Position numbers and translations under genes: made by a program
From: Pseudomonadota bacterium
GTDB taxonomy: Bacteria > Pseudomonadota > Gammaproteobacteria > Enterobacterales > Alteromonadaceae
DNA length: 64,000 bases
Reading direction: 5' to 3'
Assembly: GCA_040752955.1 (NCBI GenBank)
Contig: JBFMHG010000010.1
Span: forward strand, 22,096-86,095
The notes under the pieces: generated by a model
The model's database searches: none
What the model saw: the letters and a program-made list of their open reading frames with translations, nothing else
Told to the model about the DNA's origin: nothing
In this document: positions 58,701-64,000 of the stretch, piece by piece
Layout: each line of letters begins with the position of its first letter
How positions within the stretch are numbered: the first letter of the stretch is position 1

Positions 58701-58858
58701 GCTTCCCACGTGCAGTTAACGTAGCGAACTTTGGCACTACAGCCGATAACAAGTTCCTGTACAACACCTTCAATGCTGGTCGCGTAGACCCAGTTCAAGG
58801 CCGTGCGGGTGACCCATCTCTTTGGAGCATGCGTTTAGGTTTTGAATATAAGTTCTAA
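55718..58858 (+). CDS. Oar-like TonB-dependent receptor with N-terminal carboxypeptidase-regulatory-like domain
   Basis: AQETSSAIRG, GLQVGGPY, RFNSLTVDG..NDNFGLN, PFDVKYGGFT..INAVTKSG, terminal GFEYKF; ATG 55718. Confidence 0.92.
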   Translation: MKIKSIALAVTLALGASNIALAQETSSAIRGVVTTEAGTTVANATVTLTDKRSGTTRTLTTNETGTFSARGLQVGGPYLLTVKSADGLVETVDNVFLTLGDTQNLNVIVQQPDVERIAVTGTAISNSNYGGTGPAANFNLEDLRNTPAINRDLRDVVRVDPRIYINETNAGDIQCAGANPRFNSLTVDGVRTNDNFGLNSSGYPTERMPFSYDAIEQVAVELAPFDVKYGGFTACNINAVTKSGGNEFSGSVFFDYTNDSLQGDKLEGDKINVGAFNERRYGFNGGGAIVSDKLFWFAAYEKLEGADTFDRGPEGSNAAREVSGITLEQVDEIARIAREVYGFEPGSFPSSIPVEDEKILLKLDWFINDSHRAAFTYNYNDGFSIAESDGDDDELEFSGHFYERGAEFNSYVANVFSDWTDNFSTEVRLGYSELDARVSPLGGTEVGEIQLRVGPTVYLGADDSRHANKLTYETTFFKFAGTYLYGDHSISFGVEREQYDVFNLFIQETEGEYVFNSIEDFAAGIPSSAIYENAAGTNNPIDGAGQFKYAVNTAYVQDEFYIVDHDVTLTYGLRYDWYTTSDTPRVNQSFTDTYGFANDATLDGEGLLQPRLGVNWMASPELEVRGGIGLYSGGNPNVWLSNNYSNNGVSLYQASTPSDFFNADNTLFDIPHTGSGRPLIDIPQQLFDEVTAADGRGPVNALDPNFKLPKEWKYALGATYTFDSGYVVMADLLYTKKEDAAIVSDLRRSEEGGFGPIGVLPDGRPLYPSIPRSVPEAFLLTNVNGDSGANLSASISVSKSYDFGLDLTAAYAYTDSEDVNPMTSSVAYSNYGNLATADFENPGIAKSNYEIPHRFTLRATYTVELMDGYDSTFSLFGSANEGRPYSFTMNGNGDIFTGRQLLYVPTGVNDPNVEFADSFDTDAFFAFINREGLDKYAGGYAPRNEFNSDWWVKVDFRFEQELPGFMEGHRSSLFFVIDNLTNLINDDWGVLYETSFPRAVNVANFGTTADNKFLYNTFNAGRVDPVQGRAGDPSLWSMRLGFEYKF

Positions 58859-58877
58859 TACCTGAGTTGGTAAAATT

Positions 58878-58910
58878 AAAAATGCCCGCTAAATGCGGGC
58901 ATTTTTTTAT
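58878..58910 (+). terminator. Intrinsic terminator after Oar-like receptor
   Basis: AAAAATGCCCGC-taaat-GCGGGCATTTTTTT. Confidence 0.88.
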
Positions 58911-58959
58911 TTCTAAATAAGCACTTTTTAGCGATAATCAGCAGCTATTTTCTGCAAAA

Positions 58960-59604
58960 GTGAACGTTTCAGTGGGAAAAAACACTATCATAGCTATTGC
59001 CGGCGCTTCGGCGTCTGGTAAAAGTCTTTTCGCATCAACAGTCTACCAAGAGCTGGTGGCTGAGCTGGGCGGTGAGCGTATCGCCATTTTGTCCGAAGAT
59101 GCCTATTACCGTGACCAAAGCCATTTGTCTTTTGAGCAGCGAACGCTAACCAATTACGACCACCCTGCAGCGTTCGAGCATGAATTACTGGCGGCGCATT
59201 TACGTGCACTGCGCGCAGGTAAAGCGATACAGATGCCGCAATACAGCTATAAAACCCATACCCGAACTGAAGAGACCATTGCGGTACAACCGGCCAAAGT
59301 GATTCTGGTGGAAGGCATTTTACTGCTAACAGATGAGCAGTTGCGTGAGCAGTTTGATATCACCGTATTTATGGATACGCCACTGGATATCTGTTTACTG
59401 CGTCGGATAAAGCGGGATTTAGAAGAGCGTGGCCGTAGTTTAAGCTCGGTCACTGAGCAATATGAGAACTCGGTGCGTCCGGCATTTTTTGAGTTTATCG
59501 CCCCTTCCAAACAATATGCCGATTTAGTGGTTACCCGTGGTGGTAAAAACCAAATTGCCATTGACATCATAAAAGCAAAAATCCGCCAGTTGCTGGCAGA
59601 ATAA
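58960..59604 (+). CDS. udk: Uridine kinase
   Basis: [11 protein letters not shown]-loop, EDAYY, NYDHP, VEGIL, RRIKRD..ERGRS, PSKQYAD. Confidence 0.95.
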   Translation: MNVSVGKNTIIAIAGASASGKSLFASTVYQELVAELGGERIAILSEDAYYRDQSHLSFEQRTLTNYDHPAAFEHELLAAHLRALRAGKAIQMPQYSYKTHTRTEETIAVQPAKVILVEGILLLTDEQLREQFDITVFMDTPLDICLLRRIKRDLEERGRSLSSVTEQYENSVRPAFFEFIAPSKQYADLVVTRGGKNQIAIDIIKAKIRQLLAE

Positions 59605-59624
59605 CAATAATCAGGGAATAACCG

Positions 59625-60833
59625 ATGATGGGATTAGTGGGCATTGCAGCCCTGTTACTGGTAGCGTATCTGGCATCAGCCAAGCGTAGCCGTATTAACT
59701 GGCGCACCGTGGGCGGCGCCTTTGCTATTCAGCTGGCAATAGGCGCATTTGTGCTTTACGTACCTTTTGGCCAGGACGTGTTGTACAACATCTCTCAGGT
59801 GGTGGCTAACGTAATTGGCTATGCCAACGCCGGTATTCAGTTTTTGTTCGGTGATCTGGGTAAGTTTTCCCAGGGATTCATTTTTGCCATCCATGTGCTG
59901 ACCATTATTATCTTCTTTTCATCGTTAATCGCGGTGTTGTATCACGTCGGTATTATGACCTGGGTAATCCGTATTATAGGCGGTGGTTTGCAAAAAGTGC
60001 TGGGTACCAGCCGGCCAGAATCGATGTCGGCTGCAGCCAATATTTTCGTCGGTCAAACCGAAGCGCCGTTAATCGTGCGGCCTTTCATTCCCACTATGAC
60101 ACGTTCCGAGTTGTTTGCCGTTATGGTGGGTGGTTTAGCATCTGTTGCCGGTTCAGTACTGGCCGGTTACGCTGGCTTGGGCGTGGAGTTAAAGTACCTG
60201 ATCGCCGCCAGCTTTATGGCCGCGCCCGGTGGCTTTTTAATGGCAAAAATGATCCTGCCGGAAACTGAACAGCCAAAAAACGAACTGACGGAAATCAATA
60301 CCGAGAAGCCTCATGCCAACGTAATAGATGCCGCTGCAGCCGGTGCGTCCAGTGGTATGCAACTGGCGTTGAATGTGGGTGCTATGTTGTTAGCTTTTGT
60401 CGGTTTAATTGCGCTGGTTAATGGCATTGTTGGTGGCGTGGGCGGCTGGTTCGGTAAAGACGATTTGACTCTGCAGTTGATTTTCGGTTACGTATTTCAA
60501 CCGCTTGCGTTTATTTTAGGCGTGTCTTGGGATGAGGCGCGCATGGCTGGCAGCTTTATCGGTCAGAAGCTGGTTATTAATGAGTTTGTCGCATACCTCG
60601 ACTTTGTGCAGGTGAAGGAGCAGTTAAGTGCCCATACACAGGTGATAGTGACTATTGCTTTGTGTGGTTTTGCTAACTTTTCGTCAATTGCTATTTTATT
60701 AGGTGGCTTGGGTGGTATGGCGCCAGGCCGCCGGGCTGATATTGCTGAGCTGGGTTTAAAAGCTCTGTTGGCAGCAACATTAGCTAACTTGATGAGCGCT
60801 GCTATTGCAGGGTTCTTTTTTACTTTAGGCTAA
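59625..60833 (+). CDS. Concentrative nucleoside transporter (NupC/CNT family)
   Basis: NIFVGQTEAP, ASFMAAPG, NEFVAY, LCGFANFSS motifs. Confidence 0.95.
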   Translation: MMGLVGIAALLLVAYLASAKRSRINWRTVGGAFAIQLAIGAFVLYVPFGQDVLYNISQVVANVIGYANAGIQFLFGDLGKFSQGFIFAIHVLTIIIFFSSLIAVLYHVGIMTWVIRIIGGGLQKVLGTSRPESMSAAANIFVGQTEAPLIVRPFIPTMTRSELFAVMVGGLASVAGSVLAGYAGLGVELKYLIAASFMAAPGGFLMAKMILPETEQPKNELTEINTEKPHANVIDAAAAGASSGMQLALNVGAMLLAFVGLIALVNGIVGGVGGWFGKDDLTLQLIFGYVFQPLAFILGVSWDEARMAGSFIGQKLVINEFVAYLDFVQVKEQLSAHTQVIVTIALCGFANFSSIAILLGGLGGMAPGRRADIAELGLKALLAATLANLMSAAIAGFFFTLG

Positions 60834-60848
60834 AAACAGGTCTTTTAT

Positions 60849-61799
60849 ATGACAAAGCAAGTTCCTACGTTAGATATAAGACGGTTTGCCACCGACAAAG
60901 ATAACTTTGTTGCCGAAATTGGCAAGGCCTACACTGAGTTTGGGTTCTGCGGCATTAGTGGCCACGGTATTCCGGATGAAGTGGTAGCAAATACTTACAA
61001 TGCAATTAAGCAGTTTTTTGCGTTACCCACTGAGGTTAAAGCAAAATATCACAAACCAGGGCAGGGCGGAGCGCGTGGTTACACCGGCTTTGGTGTCGAA
61101 AAAGCGAAAGACTCAAACCACCCGGATTTAAAAGAGTTCTGGCACGTTGGCCGTGAGCTGCAAGGCCCTGCGCCGCATCCAAGTTTATACCCGAATGTGT
61201 GGCCAACTGAGGTGGCAGAGTTTAAACAGGCCACTTACACCTTGTACACTGAGCTGGAAAAGTTAGGTAACCGGGTATTGGAGGCCTTAGCGCTGTTCCT
61301 CGGACAGGAGCAAACTTACTTTGCCGACAAGGTAAACTATGGTAATTCCATTTTGCGGCCGATTCATTATCCGCCGATTAAAGATACTAGCACTCAGTCT
61401 ATCCGCGCCGGTCAGCATGAAGATATTAACCTTATTACCTTGTTAGTAGGTTCTAACGAAGCGGGTCTTGAGATATTGCGTCGTGATGGCAGCTGGCTGC
61501 CGGTAACCACAATCGAAGGCACTATAGTGGTAAATATTGGTGATATGCTGCAGAGGCTGACCAATCATGTGTTGCCATCTACTACGCACCGGGTTGTTAA
61601 CCCTGCAGGTGCTGCAGCGGGTGAGCCGCGTTACTCAATACCGTTTTTTATGCACCCAAACCCGGATTATGTCATTGAAACACTATCAACTTGTATCAGT
61701 GCCGATAATCCTAATCGTTACCCTGAACCAATTAATTCAAACGACTACTTAATGCAGCGTTTAGAGGAGATTGGTTTGCTGAAAAAGGCGAAATACTAG
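60849..61799 (+). CDS. 2-oxoglutarate/Fe(II) dioxygenase, isopenicillin N synthase-like
   Basis: GFCGISGHGI, HEDINLITLL (HxD), NIGDMLQRLTN, HRV, RYSIPFF (RxS). Confidence 0.9.
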   Translation: MTKQVPTLDIRRFATDKDNFVAEIGKAYTEFGFCGISGHGIPDEVVANTYNAIKQFFALPTEVKAKYHKPGQGGARGYTGFGVEKAKDSNHPDLKEFWHVGRELQGPAPHPSLYPNVWPTEVAEFKQATYTLYTELEKLGNRVLEALALFLGQEQTYFADKVNYGNSILRPIHYPPIKDTSTQSIRAGQHEDINLITLLVGSNEAGLEILRRDGSWLPVTTIEGTIVVNIGDMLQRLTNHVLPSTTHRVVNPAGAAAGEPRYSIPFFMHPNPDYVIETLSTCISADNPNRYPEPINSNDYLMQRLEEIGLLKKAKY

Positions 61800-61859
61800 G
61801 CGCTTTGCCTAGTATTTGTCCGAACAGTGTAAAACAGCAGAAAATGTGCAGTTTCACAG

Positions 61860-61887
61860 TTGACTGCTGGTTTAAAGTCGCTATACT
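61860..61887 (+). promoter_or_regulatory. Stable-RNA-type sigma70 promoter for tRNA-Leu
   Basis: TTGACT-N16-TATACT followed by GC-rich discriminator GCACGCC. Confidence 0.8.
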
Positions 61888-61922
61888 GCACGCCATGTTA
61901 AGCGCTGAGCGCGAAACATAAC

Positions 61923-62008
61923 GCAGATGTGGTGGAATTGGTAGACACGCAAGCTTCAGGTGTTTGTGCCCACAAGGCGTGAGAGTTCGAGTCTCTCCAT
62001 CTGCACCA
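61923..62008 (+). tRNA. tRNA-Leu(CAG)
   Basis: Acceptor GCAGATG/CATCTGC-ACCA; D-loop GGAATTGGTAGAC; anticodon arm CAAGC-TTCAGGT-GTTTG; long variable arm; GTTCGA T-loop. Confidence 0.96.
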
Positions 62009-62012
62009 AATT

Positions 62013-62036
62013 AACCGGCTAAGGCCGGTTTTTTTG
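62013..62036. terminator. Intrinsic terminator after tRNA-Leu
   Basis: AACCGGC-taag-GCCGGTTTTTTT. Confidence 0.85.
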
Positions 62037-62046
62037 CTTTTGCAGT

Positions 62047-63513
62047 TTACCGTTTTAGCTCGATGCGGCGAATAAAGTCTTCTACCAGTAGATCGTAGAG
62101 TTTATTACCCAGATATAGGTCTTCTACACCATCGTCGATGTTTGGGTTGTCGTTCACTTCAATTACATAAACCTTATCGCCATCTTGTTTAACATCAACA
62201 CCGTAAAGGCTGTCGCCTATCGGGGCGCAGGCTTTAAGCGCAGCATCGATGACATGGCTTGGTACTTCACTGATGGCGCATGTGGTAAAACCGCCGCTTT
62301 GTGTCTTGGCGCTGCCATGTTTGTATATTTGCCAGTGGTTGCGGGCCATGAAGTATTTACAGGCAAAAAGGGCCATGCCATTTAGCACGCCTATACGCCA
62401 GTCGTACTCAGTAAAGGTGTAACGCTGCGCTAAAATGATAGCGCTTTGTTCAAACAAAGTTGTTAGCTGGGCTCTAAGTTCAGTCAGTGTTTTTATTTTA
62501 ACCACACCGCGGGAAAAACTACCATCAGGAATTTTCAGCACCAGCGGTAAGCCCAAGGTGTCTGCTGCGCGCTCCAGGTTGTCCTCATCCTGTTTAAACA
62601 ACAAAATGCCATCTGGCATCGGTACCTTGTGTTGTTCGAAGAGTGTTTGCAGGTACACCTTATTACCGCAGCGTAGTATCGAATTGGGGTCGTCAATCAC
62701 CGCCAGGCCTTCGCGTTCTGCTTTTAATGCCATATGAAAAGTGTGATGGTTGACTGATGTGGTCTCTCGAATAAACAAACCGTCAAACTCTGCCAGGCGA
62801 TGAATATCTTTAGCGCTGATCTGTTCCGTATCCATTGCCGCTTTGCGCGCCGCTTTGGTAAATAGCTCAAGTGATTTAGGCGTGCAGGGAGGGAATTTTT
62901 CTTTTGGGTCAACCAGCACGGCTAAATCATATTTGTACTTTTTATTTGCCGGCTCAAGGCGCCAGATTTTATGGCTGTATTTTTCCAGTGTATTACCAAA
63001 AAAGTTTTGCTCTTGCTCATCCAGCTTATTTACGCTGCCTATTTTTAAGGTCTTTACCTGCCAGCTGGTCTTTTTATGCAGCTCTACACGCAGAATAGGT
63101 ACCGGGAAAGCTTCAAATAAATAGGCTGCCACCTTCTTTAAAGCCTTTATTGCGGTTTCGCCAAAATAAATATTAAAAACCAATTGGCTCGCGCTTTCAC
63201 TAGCCAGCGCTTTATTCAGCTGGCTTAAAATACTGCCAGGGATCTCCTCGGCAATATCGGCTATTTCGTGGCGGTTAAATTTATTAAATGCTCTTACCGA
63301 GGGCATAACGTTGTGGCCACGCGCTTCAGCCAGTAAAGAGCAGTAATAACCGGTACCTAAATACTGAGCCTGGCGGCATAGGTTAATCACCCGGGTACGT
63401 TGCTTATTCTTGGCTGACCACTTTAAATAGGCAGGTAAAGTCATCACGCCGTCATACTGATAATAGGGTGCCCAATCTTGTGCTTTATCGACGACAATGA
63501 TCAGTTTGGCCAT
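62047..63513 (-). CDS. RimK-family ATP-grasp ligase with RLAN N-terminal domain
   Basis: INLC...YLGTGYYCSLLAEARGH (RLAN); LFIRETT, KIPDGSFSRGV, DWRIGVL, IEVNDNP ATP-grasp motifs. Confidence 0.9.
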   Translation of the reverse strand: MAKLIIVVDKAQDWAPYYQYDGVMTLPAYLKWSAKNKQRTRVINLCRQAQYLGTGYYCSLLAEARGHNVMPSVRAFNKFNRHEIADIAEEIPGSILSQLNKALASESASQLVFNIYFGETAIKALKKVAAYLFEAFPVPILRVELHKKTSWQVKTLKIGSVNKLDEQEQNFFGNTLEKYSHKIWRLEPANKKYKYDLAVLVDPKEKFPPCTPKSLELFTKAARKAAMDTEQISAKDIHRLAEFDGLFIRETTSVNHHTFHMALKAEREGLAVIDDPNSILRCGNKVYLQTLFEQHKVPMPDGILLFKQDEDNLERAADTLGLPLVLKIPDGSFSRGVVKIKTLTELRAQLTTLFEQSAIILAQRYTFTEYDWRIGVLNGMALFACKYFMARNHWQIYKHGSAKTQSGGFTTCAISEVPSHVIDAALKACAPIGDSLYGVDVKQDGDKVYVIEVNDNPNIDDGVEDLYLGNKLYDLLVEDFIRRIELKR

Positions 63514-63628
63514 CTATGCTCCTGTAATGTTGGCAAACAATGAAATTTCTTATCGAATTTTCATTTGCTTAGCGCGCTTTATCCTAAACTTAGTAAAAAT
63601 TTAGCTTAAGGCAACCAAGAGTGCAGTA

Positions 63629-64000
63629 ATGGCAGTAAATAAAAGTGAGGCGTCATTAGTCAGCAGATTGGCGACAGCCAGTGATGTGTCTGCTTTGGTG
63701 GCATTGGAGTTGGCTTGTTTTAATTCAGACCGTCTTAGTGTACGCAGTTTCAAGCGCTTTTTACGCGAAAAACGCAGCGACTTATATGTGGCAGAGCTTG
63801 GCGGCGTGCTGGTTGGGTACTTTTTACTGCTTTACAGAAGAGGCACCAGCCTAGCACGGCTTTATTCACTGGCGGTATCACCGGATTATCGTAAACAGGG
63901 CATCGCCGAATTTTTATTGCAACAGGCAGAACAAACTGCTGCAACACGTAATTGTGTGTTACTTAGGTTGGAAGTTCGGCAGGATAATGTTGCTGCTATC
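63629..64000 (+). CDS. GNAT (RimI-like) N-acetyltransferase, partial; probably fused to a C39-like peptidase beyond the window
   Basis: Own translation: MAVNKSEAS...LELACFNSDRLSVRSFKRF...ARLYSLAVSPDYRKQGIA...LRLEVRQDNVAAI; open to window end, so missing from the track; fusion is inferred from family context. Confidence 0.85.
   Translation, partial: MAVNKSEASLVSRLATASDVSALVALELACFNSDRLSVRSFKRFLREKRSDLYVAELGGVLVGYFLLLYRRGTSLARLYSLAVSPDYRKQGIAEFLLQQAEQTAATRNCVLLRLEVRQDNVAAI

Noticed and set aside
61923-62046. tRNA-Leu as an island integration site
   Set aside because: Followed directly by its terminator; no integrase or duplicated tRNA 3' end seen in the window

Overview
Chromosomal window from a gammaproteobacterium. 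Gene content and order resemble Rheinheimera/Alishewanella/Arsukibacterium-like Alteromonadales (inference; no search was run). Most of it is housekeeping: oadGAB, tyrS, acnA, acuI, rraA, gltBD, arcB/arcA, rsmC-trmB/mutY-yggX, gcvA-ygdD-rlmM, udk and tRNA-Leu(CAG). Three loci stand out. (1) A putative cyanophycin-scavenging locus (34262-42175): a secreted 614-aa cyanophycinase divergent from a TonB-dependent receptor-YfcC-IadA operon, with a highly structured receptor leader, directly upstream of gltBD, which carries tandem ARG boxes. (2) A putative nucleic-acid/nucleoside utilisation locus (54214-61799): secreted EEP phosphodiesterase, Oar-like TonB receptor with a structured leader, uridine kinase, CNT transporter and an IPNS-like 2OG-Fe(II) oxygenase. 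(3) An AT-rich, transposase-free cassette (22107-24501) bounded by 22-bp inverted repeats. It carries a translationally coupled FRG + DUF262 pair (candidate anti-phage system), and the FRG gene is frameshifted by one extra ACTGG unit. The window ends in a divergent RimK/RLAN ATP-grasp ligase and GNAT gene pair. No CRISPR array, rRNA, integrase or transposase was seen. Product calls come from motif recognition by eye, not database searches.
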